A DNA stretch of 64,000 nucleotides from an uncultured Actinomycetota bacterium. GTDB lineage: Bacteria; Actinomycetota; Actinomycetes; JAFAQI01. Below, in pieces: positions 22,727 to 35,320 of the stretch (position 1 is the stretch's first letter; each line of letters opens with the position of its first letter). The notes beneath the pieces are model-generated. The model ran no database searches and was not told the DNA's origin. It saw only the letters and a program-made list of their open reading frames with translations. The translations under genes and the position numbers were made by a program. The stretch covers positions 352,001 to 416,000 of the forward strand of contig CAVYQE010000001.1 in the NCBI GenBank assembly GCA_963770565.1, given 5' to 3'.

Positions 22727-23290
22727 ATGCAACGCATAGCGCCAAGAGTTCTGTTTACCGCCGCAATGGCCGGAGCATTGTCCGCCATAATGGCCGCCGC
22801 CGGGGCCGCCGTCATTATGTCGTCGTCGATCGCTCGGGCTGCCGACGCGCCCGCGGAAAAGGCAGCCCAGCCGCAGCCGACCGCCAAGGCCATGCAAAAA
22901 TCGGCGCATCGAAAAGAAGTTCGCCGAGAGCCTCAGCGGCGCAACGCTCGACGGCTACTTCACGGAGGACTCCGGCGATGAATCCAAACCGGAAGCGTCG
23001 AAGTACGTCCTCACGAAGGTCTCGAAACTCAAGGGCAATCTATGGGTCTTCGAAACGCGGATCAAATACGGCGAGCACGACGTGACGCTGCCGATCCCGC
23101 TCACCGTCCGTTGGGCGGGCGACACGCCGGTCATCACGCTCGACAACGCGGGGATACCTGGCCTGGGCACCTTCACGGCCCGCGTGCTGATTTACGACGG
23201 CGCCTTCGCCGGAACCTGGAGCGGCGGGGAGCATGGCGGCCAACTTTATGGTCGCGTCGTCAAGACCGGCGCAAAGACAAGACGAAGTGA
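22727..23290 (+). CDS. Exported hypothetical protein; frameshifted
   Basis: Signal peptide; C-terminal 'WAGDTPVITLD..IPGLGTFTARVLI..YAGTW'-type block. Confidence 0.6.
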
Positions 23291-23322
23291 GAGAATCTCG
23301 CGAGCCGCTTGTTTGTCGGGCG

Positions 23323-23469
23323 GTTGGAACTCACGCTTCGGTGTGCGTCGCGTTGGAGCGCACGCTTCAGCATGCTTCGCCGCGCCAAGCCCGCCGTGTT
23401 GGAGTTTACGCTTCAGCCTGCGTCGCATATTGGCGGACACGCGGACAAGCTGAAGCGTACACTCCAACA
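23323..23469. repeat. REP-like family (TTGGAGTTTACGCTTCAGC..GCTGAAGCGTACACTCCAA); related copy at 33060-33110
   Basis: Three degenerate units plus an inverted partner. Confidence 0.65.
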
Positions 23470-23567
23470 ATGGGGCGGCAAGCGGATGAGCCACTTGCCG
23501 CCGTCGAGTGTTCGCCGGGGGTAGACGTCGATTTCCATGTGACCATCCCTTGCCGGACCTCCAGCCG

Positions 23568-24177
23568 ATGTTTCTCTACTTCGATCTTGGCAACGTCGTG
23601 GCGCGTTTCGACCATCTCCACGGCTGCCGGCAGGTGGCCGAAGCGGCCGGCATTGCGCCGGAGCAAGTGCTGGCGGCAATTTACGACAGCGGTTTGGGTC
23701 GCCGGTTCGAATTGGGCGAAGTCTCCAGCGACGCGTTCCACGCGGAATTCTGCCGCGCGACGGGAACGCATCCCGAGGTGGCCGCTTTCTTTCGCTTGGA
23801 ACGACATTTTTGCCCTGAACCGGTCGTTGATTCCCGTCATCGCGGCCTTGGAAGCGGCCGGCTATCGGTTGGGAATCCTGTCGAACACGTGTGAAGCGCA
23901 TTGGCAATGGCTGCTCGCCGAGGATTACGGAGTTTTGCCCACGGCGTTTTCCGTCTTCGCGCTGAGCTTTCGGATCGGCGCCATGAAACCCGATCCGCGC
24001 ATCTATGCCAAGGCGGCCGAATTGGCCGGCGTCGCCCCCCGCGAGATTTTCTTCTGCGACGACATCGCCGGACACGTGGCGGCCGCCAACGAGGCGGGCT
24101 TCGATGCCGTTCAATACACGACCACTCCCGCGCTCGTCGCCGCCATGCGCCGCCGCGGCCTGCGCTTCAATTATTGA
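23568..24177 (+). CDS. HAD-family phosphatase; one frameshift near 23790
   Basis: 'YFDLGNV', 'GILSNT', 'KPDPRIY', 'FFCDD'. Confidence 0.9.
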
Positions 24178-24230
24178 CTCGCGACGAGAGTTCTCGCGCT
24201 CGCCGGGCTTTCCGCTCGCTCAGCCCTGCT

Positions 24231-24360
24231 GGGCCTGTCCAAGAACCGGCTTATCTTCCGGGGGGCGTTGCCCAAAGGGGGTCGGGAGTCGATTTCGCCA
24301 TGATGTCGGTTCGCACAACCGAGCGTTCAGCCGGCGAAATCGACTCCCGACCCCTTTCGC
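24231..24360. mobile_element. MITE type 1 copy between convergent genes
   Basis: gggcctgtccaagaaccggc...aaagggggtcgggagtcgatttcgcc...ggcgaaatcgactcccgacccctttc. Confidence 0.75.
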
Positions 24361-24400
24361 GGTGAGCATCTCTCGCCGCGGCCCGTTCTCGCGCGGCCTC

Positions 24401-24862
24401 CTAATGGGCCTGCATCGCGACCAGCCGCCGTTGCATCTCGTCGGCCCCGACATCTTCGATGTGCGTGCCGAGGGTCCAGGTATGTCCGAACGGGTCTTCG
24501 AGCATCCCGGAGCGGTCGCCATAGAATTGATCCTTCACCGGGCGCAATTCCTTGCCCCCCGCGGCGATCGCCTTGGGAAATTGCTCATCGACGTTTTCGA
24601 CGTAGAGCATCAGGCTGATCGGCGAGCCGCCGAGCGATTTGGGGCTGCGGGCCCTCATTTCCGGATGCTCGTCGGCGAGCATGACGACCGAATCGCCGAT
24701 CAGGATTTCGGCGTGGCCGATCTTGCCGTCGGGACCGGGCAAGCGGAGCGTCTCGATCGCCCCGAACGCCCGCTTGTAATAGTCGATCGCCGCCGTCGCG
24801 TCGTGGACGATCAGATACGGCGTCACGGAATGATAGCCATCGGGAATCGGTTTGACGGTCAT
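24401..24862 (-). CDS. VOC family (PhnB-like glyoxalase/bleomycin resistance) protein
   Basis: 'VKPIPDGYHSVTPYL', 'AIDYYKRAFGA', 'DQFYGDRSG.LEDPFGHTW'. Confidence 0.93.
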   Translation of the reverse strand: MTVKPIPDGYHSVTPYLIVHDATAAIDYYKRAFGAIETLRLPGPDGKIGHAEILIGDSVVMLADEHPEMRARSPKSLGGSPISLMLYVENVDEQFPKAIAAGGKELRPVKDQFYGDRSGMLEDPFGHTWTLGTHIEDVGADEMQRRLVAMQAH

Positions 24863-24971
24863 GAGGGATGATCTCCTGGGAATGGGGTGCCGGGCTGAAT
24901 CTCGGCGCGGGCGACGCAATCGGTATGAGGGAAAAGCTGAAACAATCGATCTCGATTCTCGCGATCGGCGA

Positions 24972-25349
24972 TCATTCGCGAGGCTCTTGGTTGACGGGCC
25001 GCTCCAGCCGGCGGAAGGGGCACCAAAAGCCGATGGCGCCGCCCAAGGCGATCATGAGCAAAGTCACCGTCCGCAAGCTGAAAAGGTGCTCGACGAAAAA
25101 GCGGAGGCTCTGATCTTTGGCAAAGGGAAACTCCAGCCATTCGGCGAAAACGCCCAAGGCGAGGGCGAACAAGCCGCACAGAATAGCGACGAAAATCGAC
25201 CGATTCTTGGTGAAGCTCGCGCCGATTCCCGCCGAGCCGCCGGGCAGAATGAGACCATACAGCCCTTGCGCGAGCAGCCATTGGAATCCGACAAGGCCGA
25301 CGGTGCCGCCGATGATTGCGCCCCCCAACGCGAGCAAATTGTGTTTCAT
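24972..25349 (-). CDS. Small 4-TM hypothetical membrane protein
   Basis: 125 aa, Gly-rich hydrophobic segments. Confidence 0.7.
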   Translation of the reverse strand: MKHNLLALGGAIIGGTVGLVGFQWLLAQGLYGLILPGGSAGIGASFTKNRSIFVAILCGLFALALGVFAEWLEFPFAKDQSLRFFVEHLFSLRTVTLLMIALGGAIGFWCPFRRLERPVNQEPRE

Positions 25350-25497
25350 GGCCTCGCCCCGCTCGGAGATCCGCTTGCCGCGCCCTCAAGGTTAGCGGAT
25401 TCCGCGGCGAAGTTCAATTCGCACGACGGGCCGAACGGGCCGATCGCGGCAGATTCGTTGGCGACGATCTTGCCACTGCTTGGCGGCTTCCACGACT

Positions 25498-25735
25498 TCA
25501 ACCCCAACGGGGTTACGGCTCTAGCCCAGGGTTGACCGCGCCAGCGGCCTATCCTGGGTCCGAAAGGTAACAAATCCTGTTTCTTCACAACCCCAACGGG
25601 GTTGCGGCCCGCGCCGGCGTGCGACGTCGGCCGCAACCCCGATGGGGTTGAAAGGGTGTTGCGCCGATTCGAACCTAGGGTAGATTGCCTGCGGCAATCA
25701 ACCCTGGGCTAGAGCCGTAACCCCGTTGGGGTTGA
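25498..25735. repeat. Large palindromic REP cluster (CAACCCCAACGGGGTT family)
   Basis: tcaaccccaacggggttacggctctagcccagggttga ... tcaaccctgggctagagccgtaaccccgttggggttga (38-bp inverted ends) with inner inverted copies. Confidence 0.85.
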
Positions 25736-26064
25736 TTGCTGTCGAAACAGCCTCGGTGACCACGCCGCGCATGCCTGAGCGGGACAAAATGTGGATAAAC
25801 TTTCGAACTCTCGAAGGGCGGATTTTTCACAGCCTAGACTGGGGGCTTGTCCCCAGACCCCCAGGATTTTCAAGGCATGGCTCAGGCGTTCAATGGGGGC
25901 GGGCAGCGCGGCACTTCGTAGACCTCTATCACTCCAGACCGGCAACCCGGCCTGCTGGCACCCTTCTCGGCTCCGAAACACCGCTACACTTTCCACAAGG
26001 CGGGATGCGCAAATCCCGAGGATTTTCGCTTCACCCACTCAAAAACTCAGTACAGCCGGTTTTA

Positions 26065-26134
26065 GGAACACTAATCGGCGCTAATCGGCACTAATTAGCG
26101 CTAATTAGCGCTGATTAGCGCTGATTAGTGTTCC
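26065..26134. repeat. 70-bp palindrome built from six 10-bp tandem units (CTAAT[CT][GA]GCG-like)
   Basis: ggaaca ctaatcggcg ctaatcggca ctaattagcg ctaattagcg ctgattagcg ctgattag tgttcc. Confidence 0.9.
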
Positions 26135-26631
26135 CAATCTGTCATGCCGCCATGCTTTCTCGGTTGCGGCCTGACGGCTGCGCCATGCAATCTGTGCGAC
26201 GGCAAGCCGCCAAGCAGTGCTCGTGGCAGCCGGGCGCCGCTCTGCTTGTCAGCCGCAGAACAGGCCGACTCCGAGGGCATCGACAACCTCGGCGGCTGGC
26301 AAGCAGTGGCACGAACCCCCAAGCCAGCCCCCCAACACTCCCCTTTACGGAAACGGCGGGGTTAAGGATAATGCCGTAATCCGCGGTCTGGAGGAAAGAT
26401 CGGCGAAACCGGCCGCCGCGACCGGCGGAATGAGTCGGCGGCAGTGCATAGCACTCCGCCAAGGTGCGCATTGTTCCGGCGGGCCGCGTTTCCGTACAAT
26501 TCATCCGGTCAGTACACGGCGCGCGAGCGACGAGCCGGCCGACGATCGAGAATGCCATCCGCGGAACCACGCGGCGAATCGCCGGCAGGAGGCCGATCGC
26601 TCGTCTCTAACGCTTTTGAGGAACACAACTT

Positions 26632-29532
<2,901 letters not shown>

Positions 29533-29585
29533 GCGTTTGCTGGCCGGCCTGCGCGGCCAAAGCAGCCCGAAACGAACGCCGCCAC

Positions 29586-29619
29586 CGACAACTGACAACC
29601 GACAACCGACAACTGACAC
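29586..29619. repeat. Heptamer tandem repeat (C[CT]GACAA)n between aceE and E2
   Basis: cgacaactgacaaccgacaaccgacaactgacac. Confidence 0.75.
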
Positions 29620-29627
29620 TTCCCGCC

Positions 29628-31082
29628 ATGGCCTGAATTCAAACTGCCGGACCTTGGTGAAAACATTGCCTCGGGCGACGTCGTGAGCCTGCTGGTCAAC
29701 GAAGGAGACGTCGTCCAGGCCGCAGCAGAACGTGATCGAGATCGAAACCGAGAAAGCGACATCGCGGTCCCCTGTCCGCTCGGCGGCCGCGTGAAAAAGA
29801 TTCACGTCAAGCCGGGGGAAACCGTCAAAGTCGGCCAAGTGCTGCTCTCGCTGGAAGAAGCGGCGTCCGCTGCCATCAAGCCGCCCGCACTGGCAAACAA
29901 ACCGCCTGCGAGCAAGCCTGCAGCGAACAAGCCTGCTGCAAGCAAACCCGCTGCGAGCAAGCCCTCCGTCCACGCAGACCAAGCCGCCAAGCCGCAGCCC
30001 GCCAAAGCGCCGGCCAAGCCCGAGCCGACTCAGGCCAAGCCCCGTCCTGCCGCGGCCCCCGAGCGCTCCGCCGCGCCATCGGCGGCCAGGCATGGCAACG
30101 GCCGCTCCGCCGAGCCGATCCCGTCGCGGGCCGCTCCGTCGATGGCCGCGCTGGATCTTGAAGAGGCTGCCGGCCCGGAGGCGGCCCCCGCCGCGCCGGC
30201 CGGTCCCGCCGTGCGCCGCTTGGCTCGCGAACTCGGCGTGGAACTCTCCCACGTCGCGCGGCACGGGGCCCGACGGGCGGATCCTCCGCGAGGACGTGAT
30301 CGCGGCCGTCCGCCATGCGACCGGCAACGCCGCGGCGTCCGCCGGCCGACTCCCCGAGGCGCAGGATCGCGACGCCTGGGGGCCGATCCGCCGCGAGTCG
30401 CTCCCCAAGATGCGCAAGACGATCGCGACCAACATGGTCCGCTCGGCCTTCACGATTCCGCATCTGACGAATTTCGACGACGCCGACATCACCGAACTCG
30501 AGCGAATTCGCAAAGGGAGCGTCGCCGACTACGCCGGCTCGCACGTCAAGCTCACCTCGCTCGTCTTCGTGATGAAGGCGGTCGCCCTGGCCCTCAAGCA
30601 GAATCCGCTGCTCAACGCCTCGCTCGACATGGAAGGGGGCGAAATCATTTACAAGGATTACGTGAATCTCGGGATCGCCGTCGACACCGAGCGCGGGCTG
30701 GTCGTGCCGGTCGTGCGCGACGTCGACAAGCTGACGATCTCCGCACATCGCCCAATCGCTGACCACTCTGGCCGAACAGGCCAAGGCCACCCGCTACACG
30801 CTCGACGATCTCCGCGGCGGCTCGTTCACGATCAGCAATTTGGGCGCGATCGGCGGCACCTATTCCACGCCGATCATCAACTATCCCGAGGTCGCGATCC
30901 TGCTGGTCGGCCGCTCGCGGAAGCTGCCGGTCGTCGTCGAAGATCGGATCGAGCCGCGGCTGATGATGCCGCTGAGCCTATCCTACGACCACCGCCTGGT
31001 GGACGGCGCCGCCGCGGCCCGGTTTTTGAACGACGTGATCGCCTACTTGCAATCGCCGGGCCGGCTGCTGCTCGCGCCGTGA
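29628..31082 (+). CDS. aceF: Dihydrolipoamide acetyltransferase E2; frameshifted
   Basis: Lipoyl domain 'EFKLPDLGENIASGDV..IETEK', AASKP linker, E3-binding 'PAVRRLARELGV..GTGPDGRI', catalytic 'LSYDHRLVDGA'. Confidence 0.92.
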
Positions 31083-31308
31083 ACCTGCTCGCCATTTACC
31101 GAAGACGACATTGTTGAGATCGTCGTTACGCACGATCAATGGGATTTCGGCCGAGAGAAATAGGCGGCCAACAGAGGCCGGAATACCCCGTTTTTGCCCT
31201 GACCGAAGGTTTCCCGGTCCCGATTCGAAATAGCCCGCCACTTGATTCCACTGTTTGCAACCGCGAGAATAATCGAAATGTCGTTTACTTTGGAACGGGA
31301 AATCCAGG

Positions 31309-31540
31309 ATGTCCATCGCGACGCTTGAAATACGAGTGGCGACTCTCGAAAAACAGGTCCGAGAGTTGCTCGCCAACGGCGGTCGAGGGCCGCGGGCCAA
31401 GGATTGGCGCCGCACTCGCGGAGCCTTTACCGGCGACGATCTCATGCGGCAGGTTTTCGAAGAAGGCCGCAAAGCGGCGCGAATCGCAAAGAAAGGCGGT
31501 CAAGCCTTCAACCCGAAAGAAACGGCAAGCCCGTCCATGA
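31309..31540 (+). CDS. Putative antitoxin (small coiled-coil protein); probable frameshift near 31475
   Basis: 'TLEIRVATLEKQV..KDWRRTRGAFTGDDLMRQVFEEGRK'; TGA at 31538-31540 overlaps the ATG of the PIN gene (ATGA). Confidence 0.65.
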
Positions 31541-31710
31541 TCCTCCTCGATACCGATCACCTTTCGGTTTTCATGGACGAACGCGATGCTCGACATGGAC
31601 CGCTGAATACACGCATGGAAGCCGCGACCGAGCGGGTTGCACGCACGATCGTGAGCGCAGAGGAAATGCTTCGCGGGTGGTCAGCCGCTATTCATCGCCT
31701 GCGTGAGGAA
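31537..31710 (+). pseudogene. Truncated PIN-domain (VapC-like) toxin
   Basis: 'MILLDTDHLSV..TIVSAEEMLRGW' is the PIN N-terminal half; similarity stops after about 58 aa. Confidence 0.7.
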
Positions 31711-31761
31711 TCCAAAATCACGCGCAGCCCTCCGCTGCATCTCACCTCCGAAAGGCTCGCT

Positions 31762-32651
31762 ATGCTTCGCTCATGCTCCGTCGTCCGTGCCGCGTGTTTC
31801 GTCCTGCTGTCGCTGGCGGCGACGGCGCTCTGTGCCGAGCAGTACAAGTTCGGGCCCGATTCGCAGCGCCACGAGGGGGTGCCGCGCGGCGTGGTGGCCA
31901 AGCATCTGTGGAAGAGCAAAATTTTCGCCGGCACCGTTCGCGAGTATTACGTCTATGTGCCCAAGCAATACGATCCGGCGAAGCCGCCGCCGTGATGGTG
32001 TTTCAGGACGGGCATGCTTATGTGAGCGAGACGGGGGATTTTCGCGTCCCGATCGTGTTCGACAATCTGATCGCCAAGAAGGAGATGCCGGTGACGATCG
32101 GCATTTTCATCAATCCGGGCAGCAAAGTCGGAGAAGCCGCCGAAGAATCCCTGGAACGCCGACAACCGCAGCTTCGAATACGACACGCTCGACGGTCGCT
32201 ATGCCCGGTTCCTGCTCGAAGAGATGCTGCCCGAGGTCGGGAAAGAGTACAAGCTGACCGACAGACGCGGCGGAGCGGGCGATTTGCGGGATCAGCTCGG
32301 GGGGAATTTGCGCCTTCACGGTGGCCTGGCAGCGGCCGGATGCCTTCGGCAAAGTGCTCAGCCACGTGGGGAGCTTCACGAATATCCGCGGAGGGTACGT
32401 CTATCCGTCGCTGATTCGCGAGACGCGGCCGGTCAAGCCGATTCGCGTGTTTCTGCAAGACGGGGCGAACGATTTGGACAATCGAGTTCGGCAATTGGCC
32501 GCTGGCGAACCAACAGATGGCCGCGGCGTTGAAGTTCGCGAAATACGATTATCGCTTCGTATTCGGCACGGAAGGGCACAACGGCAAACAAGGGGGCGCG
32601 ATTCTGCCCGATTCGCTCCGCTGGCTATGGCGCGATGAAAAGAGGCCGTGA
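31762..32651 (+). CDS. Exported alpha/beta-hydrolase esterase (enterochelin esterase-like); frameshifted
   Basis: 'GPDS..EGVPRG', 'VMVFQDG', 'FDNLI', 'NRSFEYD', '[14 protein letters not shown]', '[12 protein letters not shown]'. Confidence 0.85.
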
Positions 32652-32655
32652 GACA

Positions 32656-32945
32656 GTAGTCATCACGCTCCACCGTGATGACATGCCTCACGACGGAGCG
32701 TGAGGAGTGCATTGACATGCCTCAGTAGTCATCACGCTCCGCCGTGATGACGTTCCTCACGACGGAGCGTGAGGAGTACACTTTCGTGGTCATCACGCTC
32801 CGCCGTGATGACATCCCTCACGGCGGAGCGTGAGGAGTACATTGACATGCCTCAGTGGTCATCACGCTCCGCCGTGATGACGTTCCTCACGGCGGAGCGT
32901 GAGGAGTACATTGACATCCCTCACGACGGAGCGTGAGGAGTACAT
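32656..32945. repeat. REPIN/BIME-like array: 4.5 inverted REP doublets of ~55 bp
   Basis: Unit GT[AG]GTCATCACGCTCC[AG]CCGTGATGAC-N3-CCTCACG[AG]CGGAGCGTGAGGAGT[AG]C starting at 32656, 32725, 32786 and 32855, plus a half unit; linkers are repeated, not unique. Confidence 0.9.
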
Positions 32946-33128
32946 TGTGTTTTGCCTCAGTCGAATCTGGAAGACGGCTCCGCTTGGGTTGGAATAAATC
33001 CAGAAGGAGCGAGTGTGCCGCAGGCAAACGCGGTCTGCCGTTGCCGGACGCACTCCCCTTTGGAGTGTACGCTCTAGCGAGTGGGCGGCACGCTAAAGCA
33101 TGCACTCCAATGGCACGCGTCGTGCCTC

Positions 33129-33356
33129 TCAGGCCCATTCGCGGCCGGTCGCTTTGCGGATGCGATGATCGAAGTCGCCCAATAGGCCGCCGATCACGTC
33201 CCAGCGGTCGCGGCGGCGGACTTCGATATCCCCTTGCAGATTGATCCGCACCAGGCAGCGCTCGGTCAAACCGGCCGCCTTGAGCTGCTCGGGCGTCACT
33301 TCGTCCGGGCCGAGGATCGTCATCAACTCGCCGCCGGATAATTCGATGAACTTCAT
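33129..33356 (-). CDS. Conserved small hypothetical protein (75 aa)
   Basis: 'VRINLQGDIEVRRRDRWDVIGGLLGDF..RI...TG..WA'; RBS GGAG upstream. Confidence 0.75.
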   Translation of the reverse strand: MKFIELSGGELMTILGPDEVTPEQLKAAGLTERCLVRINLQGDIEVRRRDRWDVIGGLLGDFDHRIRKATGREWA

Positions 33357-33594
33357 GGCTCGTTGCTCCCTGCTCCTGATAGTGTCCGATGTCCGTTGTC
33401 AGTGGTCCGTTGTCGATGGCCGGGTCTGCGACGCGAAGGGAAGTTGCGGCGGCCGGCCGAGGTTTACGTTAATCGGCGGCGCGGCGGCGGACAAGGGCCG
33501 CGCCAGGCCGAATTCCCGCACCGGCAAACTGCGCAAGGCCGCGCGACTCGGGGCCGCGCGAGAATCATGGCCGCGCGACTCGGGGCCGCGCGAA

Positions 33595-34506
33595 TCAGGC
33601 CCGCCGCGATTCCCCAGCCAATCGCTCCTGGACGGCAACGGCCAATCGAAGCACTGTGGCCACATCCAACTCTTCCGCCCGCGTCGCGGCCGGAATGCCC
33701 TGCCCGACGAGAATGGCATCGACGTCGGATTTGTCGAGTTGCCCCTTGAACACGCTCGGCAGCACGCTTCGCAGGAATTTGCGGCGATGGCGAAACAGCC
33801 CCCGCGCGAAGAGATGAAAAAACGCGCGATCGGCGATCCGCCCGCGCCGCTCGGGATCCAGGCGAATCTGCAACATCGCCGACGTGACTTTCGGCCGGGG
33901 CCAAAACGCTTCCGGCGGAATCAGCCGCAACAGTTCCACCGCGCATTGGCTCTGCACCCAGATGCTCAGCGATCCGTAGTCCTTCGTCGCCGGAACCGCG
34001 ACGACCCGCTCCGCGAGTTCCCGCTGGATCGTCACGGTCATCGACTCCGGCGGGCGATCGAGATCGAGCAAATTGGAGATCACCGGCGTGGCGACGCTGT
34101 ACGGCAGATTGGCGACGAGCTTGAATCGCCGCTCCGGCCGCTCGGCCAGCTTGACCGCGACGGTCTCCAACACGCCTGGATCGAGCGCATTCTTGTGCTT
34201 GAGCGCGTCTTGCTGGAGCAGCGTCACATTGTCGAAGTCGATCAACTCCTCGGAGGCGATCTGATGCAGCCGACGATCGATTTCCACCGTGACGACCGCG
34301 GCCGCCCGCGGAGCGATCAGCTCGGTCAGGCCGCCGGTCCCCGTGCCGACTTCCAAGATCACGTCGTCGGGGCCGACCGCGGCGGCCTCGGCCAAGAGCC
34401 CCAAAAGATTGAGATCGGTGAGGAAATTCTGCCCATGGCGCGATTGCAGCGTCATGCCGACCTCGGCAAACCGCTGCTTGAGATAGGAAACCGTTTGTCG
34501 TCGCAT
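33595..34506 (-). CDS. rsmA: 16S rRNA m6,2A1518/1519 dimethyltransferase
   Basis: 'GQNFLTD', 'LEVGTGTGGLT', 'VANLPYSVATP', 'FWPRPKVTSA', 'RAEEL'. Confidence 0.96.
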   Translation of the reverse strand: MRRQTVSYLKQRFAEVGMTLQSRHGQNFLTDLNLLGLLAEAAAVGPDDVILEVGTGTGGLTELIAPRAAAVVTVEIDRRLHQIASEELIDFDNVTLLQQDALKHKNALDPGVLETVAVKLAERPERRFKLVANLPYSVATPVISNLLDLDRPPESMTVTIQRELAERVVAVPATKDYGSLSIWVQSQCAVELLRLIPPEAFWPRPKVTSAMLQIRLDPERRGRIADRAFFHLFARGLFRHRRKFLRSVLPSVFKGQLDKSDVDAILVGQGIPAATRAEELDVATVLRLAVAVQERLAGESRRA

Positions 34507-34609
34507 GGGAGCGGGGAGCAGGGAGCGGGGAGCGGGGAGCGGGCGAGCAGGGAGCAGGGAGCAGGGAGCAGGAAGCAGGAAGCAGGAAGCAGGAAGCAGG
34601 CGAGCAGGG
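34507..34609. repeat. Heptamer tandem repeat (GG[GA]AGC[AG])n filling the ribE-rsmA spacer
   Basis: About 14 units of gggagcg/gggagca/ggaagca; similar tracts at 42186-42268 and 22622-22650. Confidence 0.85.
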
Positions 34610-35209
34610 TCAGATTGTGCCGCGAGCGGCGAGTTGCCGCGCGACGTATTTCGCGATCGGATCGGTCTCCAAATTCACCGTGCCGCCGACCGGCAAGCGG
34701 CCCAATGTCGTGACGGCGAGCGTATGCGGAATCAGGGCCACGCTGAACCGCGTGGAATCGGCGTCCACCACCGTCAGGCTCACGCCGTCCACCGCGATCG
34801 ATCCTTTGGAGGCGATCTGGCGCATGAGTTCGACGGTCGTCTCGAACCGCAACGTGGACCATGGGCCATTGTCGCGGCGTTCGACGAGCGTGGCGAGACC
34901 GTCGATATGTCCCGTGACCAGATGCCCGCCGATGCGATCTCCGAGGAGCAAGGACCGTTCGAGATTGACGAAGCTGCCCGGCGCGAGGCGGCCGAGATTC
35001 GTGCGGCGGAGCGTTTCTTCGCCGGCCTGAAAGCCGAGCGTCTCGCCTGCGATCTGCACCACGGTCAAGCAGCAGCCGTTCAGGGCGATGCTCCGGCCGA
35101 TCGCCGCGTCCGTGGCCGCGGCGCCGGCCGCGACCGACAGCCGCACGCCGGGCGGCTCGGGGTCGATGGCGACAACGCGCGCAAGGCTTTCGATGAGGCC
35201 GGTGAACAT
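34610..35209 (-). CDS. ribE: Riboflavin synthase alpha chain
   Basis: 'MFTGLIE', 'SIALNGCCLTV', 'GGHLVTGHIDG', 'KGSIAVDGVSLTV', 'LIPHT'. Confidence 0.96.
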   Translation of the reverse strand: MFTGLIESLARVVAIDPEPPGVRLSVAAGAAATDAAIGRSIALNGCCLTVVQIAGETLGFQAGEETLRRTNLGRLAPGSFVNLERSLLLGDRIGGHLVTGHIDGLATLVERRDNGPWSTLRFETTVELMRQIASKGSIAVDGVSLTVVDADSTRFSVALIPHTLAVTTLGRLPVGGTVNLETDPIAKYVARQLAARGTI

Positions 35210-35320
35210 GGTCGGTTGGCGGGAGATCGGCGGTTGCAAAATCGGCGGTTGCGAAGAATCGATCGAGGCGACCGGCGCCGCTGGCCGCCGCGGACAAGGC
35301 ATGCGCGACGCCGGCTGCGG

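Noticed and set aside
25790-25798. oriC based on a DnaA box
   Set aside because: Only one perfect box, with no cluster, no AT-rich unwinding element and no dnaA/dnaN context
31309-31995. Antitoxin-PIN-esterase fusion protein (228 aa ORF)
   Set aside because: An ATGA overlap at 31537 and an internal signal peptide at 31762 indicate separate genes joined by an indel and a deletion
32656-32945. CRISPR array
   Set aside because: The linkers are 6-14 bp and repeated rather than unique 25-45 bp spacers, the units are inverted REP pairs, and there are no cas genes in the window
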